Shown here one piece after another: positions 54,177-64,000 of a DNA stretch of 64,000 nucleotides (positions within the stretch are counted from its first letter, which is position 1; every line of letters starts with the position of its first letter). The translations under genes were made by a program, and so were the position numbers. This DNA comes from Thecamonas trahens ATCC 50062. Taxonomy: Eukaryota; Protista; Apusomonadida. Location: assembly GCF_000142905.1 (NCBI RefSeq), contig NW_013657657.1, forward strand, positions 62,001 to 126,000. Reading direction: 5' to 3'. A model generated the notes under the pieces. The model ran no database searches and was not told the origin of the DNA. It worked only from the letters and a program-made list of their open reading frames with translations.

Positions 54177-54826
54177 GCTGCAGGGATATGCCAAAGAGTG
54201 ATGTGTGACCCACTCACCTTCTCGGCTCTCTCCACTAGTCCATCTCTCGCGCTGTGTCAGCGCCAGCAGCGTGTCGCGTCGTCAGCCGTATGGCGTCGCT
54301 GCAGGGCCAATGATATGATCAGGTCAGGTCATCAGGTCGTCACACTGGCCATAGACGCCACAGGACAAGTGAAGACCAGTACAGCACCAAACCCATCCCA
54401 TGATGCCGATAACTACCATTCTCCATCCCCCAGTCCATCCGCTACCCTCTCCGATCCCCCCCCCCCCCCCCNNNNNNNNNNNNNNNNNNNNNNNNNNNNN
54501 NNNNNNNNNNNNNNNNNNNNNNNNNNNNNNNNNNNNNNNNNNNNNNNNNNNNNNNNNNNNNNNNNNNNNNNNNNNNNNNNNNNNNNNNNNNNNNNNNNNN
54601 NNNNNNNNNNNNNNNNNNNNNNNNNNNNNNNNNNNNNNNNNNNNNNNNNNNNNNNNNNNNNNNNNNNNNNNNNNNNNNNNNNNNNNNNNNNNNNNNNNNN
54701 NNNNNNNNNNNNNNACCCGTCCTATGTCACGCACCTTCCGCCGCCACAGCCTGCCCCCCACCCACCCACCCACCACCACCCACCCACCCACCTGCCCACC
54801 ACCCAACCGGCGCTTCGAAAGTCATC

Positions 54827-55288
54827 ATGTCGCACATCTTCCCCTGGCCCACCCTCCGCACTGCTGAGCCGAGTTCTGCTGTCGGCTATCAGCTCCTGGC
54901 CACCGGGCCGGAGCAGACGGTGGCGGTGGTCTCGCTGCACTCGCCGCCTGTCAATGCCCTCTCCCACGCCTTGCGCAAGGGCATTGCTGCTGGACTTGAT
55001 GCTGCTGTGGCTGATGGTGCTGCTGCTCTTGTCATCGTGGCAGAGGGCAAAACATTCCCGGCTGGCGCAGACATCTCCGAGTTTGCCACCGGCAAGGCCA
55101 TGGCCAAGCCTGTCCTCACCGACCTCATCGCCGACCTCGACGCCCCCGATCTCCCACTGCTGACCCTTGCCGCCATGCATGGCACTGCCTTTGGTGGTGG
55201 CCTCGAGCTCGCGCTCGCAACCCACTACCGCATCGCTTTGCCCGGTACCCTCCTCGGCCTGCCCGAGGTCGGCCTCGGCTTGCTGCCC

Positions 55289-55321
<33 letters not shown>

Positions 55322-57076
55322 CTCGGCCTCGTCGACGCCGCAAAGGCCATCACCACTGGCCGCCCCATCAAGGCCGACAAGGCTCTCAAGGCCGGCCTCC
55401 TCGACGCCGTCGTCAGCCCGCCGCCGCCGCCAGGCACCCCGCTCACCGCCGCCCTGGCCAACACCGCCGTCGCCTACGCTGTCGACATTCTCGCCGCCCA
55501 TGCCGCCGCAGGCACGTCGCCGGCCGCTACTCGCAGGGTTTCGGCCCTCCCGGTGCCTGGCGGCGCGAGCAAGGCCATGATCGAGGCCATCAAGGCCAAG
55601 ACTGTCGCCGCCTCGCGCGGCTTTGAGGCCCCGGGCGTCATCATCGACGCCATCGCCGGCGTCCTCGAGCCGACCTTTGACGAGGGCCTTGCCGTCGAAG
55701 CCAACGCCTTTGTGCAGCTCTTCACCTCGACCCAGGCCCGCGCCTTGCAGGCGTTTTTCTTTGCCGAGCGCGCTGCATCCAAGGTCCCGGGCGTGAACCC
55801 GCGTGACGCCGTCGCCCTGCGCAAGCTCGGCATCGTCGGCGCGGGTACCATGGGCTCCGGCATCGCACTTGCGGCGCTCAAGGCCAAGCGCCCGCTTGCG
55901 GTTGTCCTCCTCGACGTCTCGCGCGACTCGCTCGACGCCGCCGCCGACCGGATCGTCGCCTACTTGGACTCGCGGGTGGCCAAAGGCCGGATGACCCGCG
56001 CTGCCGCCGACGATGCCCTCGCCCGCATCACTTACGCCACCGACTACAGCTCGCTCGCCGACGCCGACATGGTCATCGAAGCCGTCTTTGAGAAGCTTGC
56101 CCTCAAGAAGAAGATCTTTGCCTCGCTTGACGCCGTTTGCAAGGCGGATGCCATTCTCGCCTCCAACACCTCGACGCTCAACATCGATGCCATCGCCGCC
56201 GCCACCTCCCGCCCACATGCCGTCGTCGGTACGCACTTCTTCGCCCCTGCTCATGTCATGCCGCTGCTGGAGAACATCCGCGGCGCGGCCTCGGGCTCCG
56301 CCGCCCTCGCCTCCTCCATGGCCCTCGGCAAGATCCTAGGCAAGAAGGCCATCATGGTCGGCAATTGCCCGGGCTTTCTTGCCAACCGCATCTTTGCCAA
56401 CTACTTTAACGAGTCAGCCCTGCTCGTCGAAGAAGGAGTGCCGTACGACGCTGTCGACGCCGCCGCCCGTGCCTTTGGGCTGCCCATGGGCCCGTTCCAG
56501 ACCGCGGACCTCTCCGGCCTCGACATTGGCGCCTCCATCCGCAAGGAAAAGGTCTACGCCGCCATCCATGGCGCGCGCACCTCGTCGCTGCCCGATAAGC
56601 TCGTCGACGCTGGCCGCTACGGCCAGAAGACAGGCGCAGGCTGGTACAAGTACGACGGCCGCAAGGCTGTCGTCGATCCCTACGTCACCCGCCTCGTCAC
56701 CGAACACATCGCCGCCCTTCCGTCGTCCACTGCCGCAGGTGCCCCGCCGCTCGACTCAGATGACGCCATTGTTCTCCGCCTCCTCCTCCCTGTCGTCCTC
56801 GAGGGCCTCCGCTGCCTTGAGGAAGGCATCGCCCTCCGTGCCTCGGACATCGACGTCGCCGCTGTCTATGGCTACGGCTGGCCGCGCTACCGCTGCGGGC
56901 CCATGTGGTGGGCCGAGAACGAGCTCGGCTGGGACGATGTCCTCGATGCCTGCAACGACATGCAGCCGCTCTGGGCTGGCCAGCCCTATCTCCGGCCACC
57001 GGCCCTCCTCACCCTCCTCGCCGAAGAGGATATGACCCTCCGGGAGTGGGCCAAAGCCAACACGTCCAAGCTCTAG
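54827..57076 (+). CDS. EHHADH: Peroxisomal bifunctional enoyl-CoA hydratase / 3-hydroxyacyl-CoA dehydrogenase
   Basis: PPVNAL, AGADI, GGGLELAL, LPEVGLGLLPGAGGTQRLPRL, GAGTMG, SNTSTL and HFFAP. C-terminal PTS1 SKL. Confidence 0.92.
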
Positions 57077-57403
57077 CTCCTGCCGCGCCGGCCGAACCTG
57101 CCGACGCTCATCAAAGCCGCAGAGATCCACGCCCACAGCACGCACAGGCACGACACACACACGGCGGCGTGCCTTTGGCTGAGGCATCGCGGGTGGCAGA
57201 CTCGATCGCGCGCGGGGGGGGGGGAGGGAGGAGGACCACTGGTTGGTTGACTCGAGGACCGCTGCCCTTGGTCCGGGGCAGCCCGCTCGGCCCGCGACGG
57301 GTCAGGCCACCCAAGCCGTCTCGGCCTGTGCCCCGTACACTCGACGCCCGCCGCACACACCACACACACTTCACGACACACCACAGACAGCACGCCGCTT
57401 GCA

Positions 57404-59383
57404 ATGCATGCACGTCGCGGAGTGGTGGACAGTGCTGTGGCGGTCGTCCTTCTCTTCGCCCTCGCCCTCGCCCTCGTGGCCCCGCCGCTGCCTGTCTCGG
57501 CGTCGCGGGCGTTTCCGGCTGGCCAAGACGGGCAGGACGGACATGTTGGCCAAGACGCACAGGACGGACATGTCGGCGAAGGCGGACAAGGCGGGCAAGG
57601 TGGAGGCCGTGGACAAGGGGAAGATCGTGACCTCTCTTCGCGTACCGCTCTTCGGTCGAGCGATGGACTGAATCGGTCGGCACAGGAGCTGGTCGTTGCC
57701 ACGACAGTGGTGGCAAGCTCGTCGTTGACTGCGTATGTGGCGCCCGATGGGTCAGACTCGCCGTCGTGTGGGCCGCCGTCGCTGCCGTGCGCAAGCATCG
57801 GATACGCGTTCAACATCTCGCGCGAGGGCCTTCCCACGGCGTCCGGTCTGACGCTGAGTCTGGCGCCCGGCGTGTATGAGGGCGGCGACAACTGTGGGTT
57901 GGCACCGTCTCTGGCGCAGCTGGCCTCGCTTCGCCGACTCACCATCGAGTGCAGCGGCGGAAGTCGTGCCGGCGCGAGCTGCGCCCGCATATCCTGCCCG
58001 CACGCCCCGTTCTTCCTCTGGCTGACCAATTGTCTCGAGACAACGTACCTGCTCGAGGTGACGCTTGCGGCCCTCACGATCTCACATGGCGGTTTGGCGC
58101 TGGCACCGGCCGCCCGTGCCGATGTCGGCGGCGTCTTTATCGACTGGCCGTCGCAGCTCACCGCCGATGACATCAAGTTTGAGGGCAACGTGGGTCGTCT
58201 CGCTGGTGGCCTGTGGCTGGGTTCGGGTGCCGGTCCGCATACGCTTTCTCGCGTCACGTTTGTGGACAACGCGGCGACAGAGAGTCTGGTTCCTGGGTTT
58301 GAGGCTGGCGGCGCCGAACTGATATCGGGCGGCGGCGGGCTCCGTGTCGAGCCGGCGTCGCACTCCCGCCGAGTGGTGTTTCAGCTCACAGCCTCGACCT
58401 TTACCAACAACACCGCCGGGACCGGTGGCGGCCTCGGCCTACTCGGCCTCGCCAACATGTTTGTGGCCGACACAGTCTTTACCGCAAACACTGCAGCATT
58501 TGGTGGTGGGCTCTACACCCGTAACATGTACGCCCACCGCAGCTCGGGTGCTGCGCTGGTCAACTCGACCTTTGCCGGCAACTCGGCGTTGATCGGTGGT
58601 GGGCTGGCCGTTATGGGCGGTTCCGGCCAGGCCAACGAGTGCCGCCTCGTCCGCAACGAGGCTAGTGTCTACGGCGGTGCCCTTTATCTCGCGTACTCGG
58701 GCACGCTCAACATGACTGCCGCGGTAGTGACGGGCAACTCTGCCGGCAAACGTGGAGGCGGCGTCTTTGCAGTCTACTCGGAAGGCCTGGTCCTCTTCTC
58801 GAGCACGGTCGAGGCCAACAAGGTGGCGAGTCGCAGCTCCAGCTTTGACACCCGCGGCTCGGCCGGCTACCTGGCGCATGTCGACGGCATGGCGGCATTT
58901 CCGGGCACGCTCCTGGCAGGCGACGACGCGCTATTCTGCGACCATGCGACGTCCAAGTCCGGCTGTGTACCCTGCCACGCCGATGCGTGCGCTGTGTGCT
59001 TCGCCCGTGACACCGGATGCGTAGCGAGTAGCGGGGCAGGGCGCGGGCCGGTGGTGTGCGCCACGCTCTCGCCAAGCGCGTTTGCGGACAACGCGGTGAC
59101 CGGCGAGCCCGGCTCGCTGCAAGCGTGCTCGTGTGCCGACACCGACTCTGCGTGCTCGGGTGCAGGAGCGTGCTGGTGGGACTTTGGTGATGACGGCTAC
59201 TGCATGTGCACAGACTCGCGGACGGGAGCGACGTGCTCGCTGCCACGCAAGCTCATCCTGATCTTCTCAGCCGTGCTGGTGGGAGTCGTCGCCGCAGCGG
59301 CGCTCGCTCTCTGCACCATGCACGGCCGGCTGGTGTGGCACGGCCGGCGGCAGCGGCGGAGCCACGAGCTGCTCGTCAACTGA
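57404..59383 (+). CDS. Type I membrane protein with Pmp/pectin-lyase-like beta-helix repeats, Cys-rich/EGF-like region and TM helix
   Basis: Signal peptide; YVAPDGSD..CG....PC.SI..A; repeated FxxN.A..GGGL/GGAL; CSGAGAC...C.C....G..C; hydrophobic TM followed by a basic tail. Confidence 0.75.
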   Translation: MHARRGVVDSAVAVVLLFALALALVAPPLPVSASRAFPAGQDGQDGHVGQDAQDGHVGEGGQGGQGGGRGQGEDRDLSSRTALRSSDGLNRSAQELVVATTVVASSSLTAYVAPDGSDSPSCGPPSLPCASIGYAFNISREGLPTASGLTLSLAPGVYEGGDNCGLAPSLAQLASLRRLTIECSGGSRAGASCARISCPHAPFFLWLTNCLETTYLLEVTLAALTISHGGLALAPAARADVGGVFIDWPSQLTADDIKFEGNVGRLAGGLWLGSGAGPHTLSRVTFVDNAATESLVPGFEAGGAELISGGGGLRVEPASHSRRVVFQLTASTFTNNTAGTGGGLGLLGLANMFVADTVFTANTAAFGGGLYTRNMYAHRSSGAALVNSTFAGNSALIGGGLAVMGGSGQANECRLVRNEASVYGGALYLAYSGTLNMTAAVVTGNSAGKRGGGVFAVYSEGLVLFSSTVEANKVASRSSSFDTRGSAGYLAHVDGMAAFPGTLLAGDDALFCDHATSKSGCVPCHADACAVCFARDTGCVASSGAGRGPVVCATLSPSAFADNAVTGEPGSLQACSCADTDSACSGAGACWWDFGDDGYCMCTDSRTGATCSLPRKLILIFSAVLVGVVAAAALALCTMHGRLVWHGRRQRRSHELLVN

Positions 59384-59402
59384 GGAGTGGGGGAATCCGC
59401 AG

Positions 59403-60478
59403 CTACGGCTTGGGCTCAAACTCGAGCCGCTCCGGATTGCCAGATGACGGCATCGAGTCACGGTAGATCTCGGTGCGCGAAATGAAGAACGAGTACGGCA
59501 CTTCGGGGTTGAACACTAGCGAGGCTTCCGAGACGCCGGATCGGCCCTTGATGATGTATGAGCACTCGGCGAGGAGGCGCGCGTCGATGAGGACCGACTC
59601 GCCCTTGACGTAGTTGGCCAGCGAGTGGTCCTTGTGCAGCGGAACGGTGTCGGAGCTCGACTTGCGCGGCGCTTCCGAGGCGACAACCGGGACCGGGGCA
59701 AACCGCTCGCGGGTCTGCTCCAGGAACTCGGCCTCGTCAGTGGCCACAAAGATCGAGTACGGGTACGCCGATGCGTCGCCCGAGCCTTCGATGGCGGCCG
59801 AGGCTTTGCTGCGGGCGTGGACCTTGGGCGGCAGCGGGAGGCCGCGGGAGACGAGGACGTGGGCCATCTCGTCCCAAAAGTATCCGTACTCGATCTTGTA
59901 GTACGGGTAGTGCTGGACAGTGTCGAGGCCGCGGTAGTGGACGCCGAGTACAAAGTCGGAGTGGAAGTTGTCGTCGACAAAGGTATCAACCTTGGCCAGC
60001 AGCGCAGGCTGGAACGCAAAGTACTTGGTCATCAGCCGCGAAAGCTCCTTCCGGTCCAGCGCGTGGGTCATCGGGTAGAGGTAGCCCTTGGAGCCGTACA
60101 CGATGTGGCCAAACCCTCCAAGTCGTCCATAGCGCCGGACGTACGAGTTGAGGTGGACCTCGGGCGGCGAAGCTGCGCCGGCCTCGGGCTTCTTGAGCCA
60201 CATGGTGTCGGGCGTGAAAAGTACGACCACCACGAGTTGCCGCGGCCCTTGTCGAGGTACATCGGCGTGTCGAGGTGCGGCCGTACAGCCGCTGCCCCGT
60301 GAAGTTCGGCATACTTGAGCGCGCCGAGCATGGCGTGGAACTCGGACATCATACCTGAATCCCATCACATACATTAGCCCGGGGACAACGTCATCAGCAA
60401 GATCGACGCGGCGTGTCGTGGACATACACGCCATGGTGGTCGGTCACAGAGCGACGTCGGTCCGTGCCACCACACGCA

Positions 60479-60509
<31 letters not shown>

Positions 60510-60824
60510 ACACACTCCCTCCTCCACCACATACACACACATACCATGAGTAAACACACACACACACGCAAACACACACATACACACAGACCTCCCCAGC
60601 CCAGCCCTATGTGCACCACCTCGCTCAATCGTACCTGCGCAGTCGTCCTCCGACCACAGCCCGCAGCGGGCGTAGACGACCATGATGCGGCCATCGACGG
60701 CCTGGTCGAGCATGCCCGAGGAGACTGCGTGGCGGGCACCGGCATAGACCGGGTAGGCAGCAACCAGCAGGCCGAGGACAAGCTTCCACCGCACGATGAG
60801 GGTGGTGATGAGCCACTTGCCCAT
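59403..60824 (-). CDS. NodZ-like fucosyltransferase, type II membrane protein (exons 60824-60635 and 60354-59403; apparent frameshift ~60218)
   Basis: N-terminal TM. Intron GTACGA...GCTAAT...TTCAG restores CAGMMSEFHAMLGAL. NSWWSYF, LGVHYRGLD, IFVATD and D..LLAEC..II...SGVS are fucosyltransferase motifs. Confidence 0.8.
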
Positions 60825-61636
60825 GGCCGACACAAAGGGCCCGTGTCCGCCCACCGCACTCCGCCCACGCCCCGGACGCCCATGCGCTGCAGACGACAGT
60901 GCGTCCAGCCGGGACCTCATGCCTCCCGCCTCCATATCCCCACGCATGCCTTCTCTGCCCTGCGTCAAGTGTGTCCTTCCCCCTCCCCCCCCCCCCCCCC
61001 TCTGTCGCAGGGTGTGTGGTTGGTTCATCCAGTGCAGGATCTTAGGCGTCGATGACTTGACACGGTCACGCTTTGCCTTTGAAAGCAATGTGACATAGCG
61101 CTACTACGCGTACGGTACCTTGACCGTGTCTTGCCTTTTGTCTTCACCATAAGTCACAATCCCGCACATACCTCGCGGACAATTCAGTTTCTTAGTTGAC
61201 ACAGCCTCTGGTGATCTTTTGCAAAGTGACTGATCTTACCGCTAGAGTTCTCAGGTGTTCAAAAGCGTCCCTTGCTGCACCACTAGCTCCAACTCAACAT
61301 GGCCGGTGCACGCGATGTGACCCTGCCGGATCCGGTCGACGCCGCANNNNNNNNNNNNNNNNNNNNNNNNNNNNNNNNNNNNNNNNNNNNNNNNNNNNNN
61401 NNNNNNNNNNNNNNNNNNNNNNNNNNNNNNNNNNNNNNNNNNNNNNCACCCCTCCACTCGGATCCTGCCTTCCAAGCACGCCCCATCGCCCGCCATCGCC
61501 CAAATACACACATCACCACGCACACGCACGCACACGCACATGCACGCACACATGGATACAGACACATGCACACTCTTTAATATCTCTTCAAAATCTATGT
61601 GGTGCGGTGTGGTGTGGGTTTGAGCGCGTGGCGGCA

Positions 61637-62638
61637 TCAGAGCAAACGGGGGCGGTCAGCGGACGTGCACTGCTGCAGGTCAGCTCCGACGGACTTGGAC
61701 TTGGACTTGGACTTGGACTTGGACTTGGACTTGGTGACAATCGGACGCGGAGCACCAAGGGCCGGTCCGTACTGGTTCGCCATGCGCATGTACCGCTGCA
61801 TGCGCGCAACGTGGCGTCGGACATCGCCCTGCGGATGGCCAGGAGCGTACTGACCACCCGGGCCGCTGTAGATCGGCCCGCCGTACATTGGCCCGCCGCC
61901 ATGGATCGGCTGGCGCCCGTGGCCAGGGTGACCGTAGTTGGGCGGTGGTGGGCCGTGGCCGTAAGTCGGCGGCGGCGGCATTGGGCCGGCCGCCGGCGGC
62001 GGGCCGTGCGGCGGCGGGCCATGCGGCGGCGCAGGTGTGGGGATTGTCATTGGTGGAAGCTCTGGGTAAGCCGACGGTGGCGCAGGTCCCGGGGCCGGGG
62101 CCGGGGCCGGGGCCGGGGCCGGGGCCGGGGCCGGGGCCGGGGCCGGGGACGGAGTAAACGGCGGCGGTGGGCCGGGAGCCGGCATCTGAGGCTGGGACGG
62201 CGGCGGGACATCCGGCACAAAGTGGATGCGGAGGCAGATCTCGCCGGCGTCGTGGCAGGCGCCAGGATTGGGCGGAACAACCGGGTACCATCGCGTGGTG
62301 GTCTCCATGCCGGCAAAGACCGGAAGATGGACGTTGCCGAGCGGATCGTCAGCAGACGCGGTGTCCTTGTCCCACAGCTCGACAACCAGATCCTCAAAGG
62401 CGTTTGACTCGATGGTGAACTCCTCCTTCCACCGCCACATGGTGTCTGCGCCCGGCCGATCTGCGCTCCCGGCCTTGACCGTCGCCGTCTTGTGCTTGGT
62501 CGGCGGATTGCCAGCCTTGACCACTGCGTACGCCTGCGGAGGGCCAACCAGGTCGGTCATGAGCAGCCCCTGTGCCGCTACCACACCCACCGTCAGCTTT
62601 CCGGCCACTCCAGGCATGCCACTCTCCGTGCTCGTCAT
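61637..62638 (-). CDS. C2-domain protein with Pro/Gly-rich tail
   Basis: KLTVGVVAAQGL, AYAVVK, W.WKEEF, LVVELWDKD..SADDPLG and GEICLRIHF, followed by (PA)n and (SK)n tracts. Confidence 0.85.
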   Translation of the reverse strand: MTSTESGMPGVAGKLTVGVVAAQGLLMTDLVGPPQAYAVVKAGNPPTKHKTATVKAGSADRPGADTMWRWKEEFTIESNAFEDLVVELWDKDTASADDPLGNVHLPVFAGMETTTRWYPVVPPNPGACHDAGEICLRIHFVPDVPPPSQPQMPAPGPPPPFTPSPAPAPAPAPAPAPAPAPAPGPAPPSAYPELPPMTIPTPAPPHGPPPHGPPPAAGPMPPPPTYGHGPPPPNYGHPGHGRQPIHGGGPMYGGPIYSGPGGQYAPGHPQGDVRRHVARMQRYMRMANQYGPALGAPRPIVTKSKSKSKSKSKSKSVGADLQQCTSADRPRLL

Positions 62639-62677
62639 TGCTGCTGCTTCTCACTGCCGGAAAGTCGAGTGCGTTCA

Positions 62678-62915
62678 CGCCTGTCGCTTGCGCCGCCTGT
62701 CGGTCGTTTGCGCCGCCAGTCGTTGGTTGCGCCGCCTGTTGGTTGCTTGCGCCGCCTATCGGTCGGTTGCTTGTGCCGCCAGTCGGTCGCTTGCGCCGGC
62801 TATCGGTTGCTTGCGCCGCCTATCGGTTGGTTGCGCCGCCTGTCGGTTGCTTGCGCCGCCTATCGGTTGCTTGCGCCGCCTATCGGTTAGTTGCGCCGCC
62901 TATCGGTCGCGCCGA
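62678..62915. repeat. ~20-bp degenerate tandem repeat (CGCCGCCTATCGGTTGCTTG) x~11
   Basis: Directly visible upstream of the C2 gene in a divergent intergenic region. Confidence 0.9.
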
Positions 62916-63066
62916 CGTCAGAGGGTGCCCGGGAGGGAGGGCCGGAGGGCCCATCGGACGGACTTCCGGCCAATGCTGGCAAATGCTGGCCAATGCCCAC
63001 CACCTGCTGGCTGGTGGCTGGTGCTTCGAGGGCTTTGATATCGGGGGCGGAGAGATCAGTACGATC

Positions 63067-63254
63067 ATGGGGCTTTTGCCACAGATACCACATCCGTTCC
63101 GGTACCAGCAAGGGTACGCAACACCCCCCGCATCACCGCCACCTAAATCACACCACATCCAACACACATCTTCAAGCCCTTCCCTTATCCCCCCTCTCCA
63201 TCCCCTCGATCTCCAGCCCCAGCCCCAGCCCGAGCCTCAGCCCACACCACCCCA

Positions 63255-63339
<85 letters not shown>

Positions 63340-64000
63340 ACTCTACCCCCGCACCCCTCCCTTCCTACACATACACACGCAGTATGTCCCGCGGAGAGGA
63401 CGGGGGCCTACGGCAGACCAACCAGTACCTCGCAGGCCGCCTGCCGGTCTCGGCCAATGCTGCCCGCTTCCACCTGCTGGAGCTGTCCGATGCTCTCCTG
63501 GTAGAGTCGAGCTCTCCGTCTGCTCTGGCCTCGGCTGGCGGTGTATCGGTGGGACACTCCCATGCGCAGGCTACCCTATCGTCTGCTCAGTCCTCGGTGG
63601 GGGGCAGTGATGCCGTGTCGTCTGCATCTCAGCTGGGCACGCTCGGTGCGGTGCCTGTTGCTGGTCTCGGACTCGCCCACGGCTCTGACCACGGACGAGG
63701 TGGTGGTGATGTTGACGGCGGCGGTACTGGCGAGGCCCAGGGAGGTGGAAAGGCTGATCGTGGAGAAATGACAGCTGGTGGGAGTTTGGCAGAGGTTGAT
63801 GCGTCGGGCGCCGATGCCGTGGCCGTTTCAGCCATTCCCATCGCTCTCGCGGACGACGAGGCGCTCAAGCGGCTTGGCTCGTCGAAGATCAACGCCGCGC
63901 TCAAGGGCGGGCTGATGTACCCGGAAATTGTGGTGGAGACGCCGCGGTTTGCCGCGGCGGTGGTGGCGGCTCTGGCGGCTGTGTCGGACAAAAAGGCACT
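63067..64000 (+). CDS. Hypothetical protein, 3'-partial (exon 63067-63113, intron, exon 63383->64000)
   Basis: ATG at 63067, GTACGC donor at 63114 and CACGCAG acceptor ending 63382 give an in-frame join. The frame stays open to the window end. Confidence 0.6.
63257..63337. repeat. (CA)n microsatellite in a predicted intron
   Basis: About 40 CA units. Confidence 0.95.

Noticed and set aside
54300-54345. Possible C/D box snoRNA (TGATGA and CTGA on the minus strand)
   Set aside because: The boxes are adjacent, with no guide region or terminal stem that I can support.
11977-61446. Six N-runs as biological features
   Set aside because: They are assembly gaps, mostly beside poly-C tracts that are hard to sequence. 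ORFs spanning them are unreliable.
62678-62915. CRISPR-like array or Cys-rich ORFs
   Set aside because: Head-to-tail degenerate 20-mers without spacers. The ORFs are repeat translations.
1-64000. Transposons, rRNA, tRNA or a bacterial contaminant segment
   Set aside because: No transposase/RT motifs, terminal repeats or RNA-gene signatures were recognised. The bacterial-like genes are embedded among eukaryotic genes with the same codon usage, and two of them have introns.

Overview
GC-rich, gene-dense eukaryotic genomic DNA from a draft assembly with six N-gaps. The features (compact genes, about one 5'-proximal GT-AG intron with GTACG donors, a dynein heavy chain, animal-like WDR81/TBC1D19/E2F7-8-like genes) suggest a flagellated protist such as an apusomonad (Thecamonas-like); this is inference only. 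About 26 protein-coding genes lie on largely alternating strands: dynein heavy chain 3' end, RNase T2, Arp2, ankyrin protein, secreted beta-lactamase-family hydrolase, orphan, LeuRS, divergent atypical E2F, 8x TerD-repeat CaaX protein, EH-EH-DH-PH-Ras-like protein, Grx3, ETF-beta, WDR81, NHP2, 3xSH3 protein, TBC1D19, RasGEF, unknown beta-propeller-like protein, Pol I largest subunit, GTP-PEPCK, PPOX, peroxisomal bifunctional enzyme, Pmp-like surface protein, NodZ-like fucosyltransferase, C2 protein and a partial unknown gene. The most unusual items are a ~1,700-aa protein of eight tandem bacterial-type TerD domains with a C-terminal CaaX/palmitoylation anchor, its tail-to-tail neighbour (an intersectin-like RhoGEF fused to a Ras-like pseudoGTPase), and an E2F7/8-like protein that has lost the RRxYD DNA-recognition motif. 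Seven genes carry apparent single-base (-1) frameshifts, most likely homopolymer sequencing errors. All family calls come from motif recognition by eye; no searches were run.
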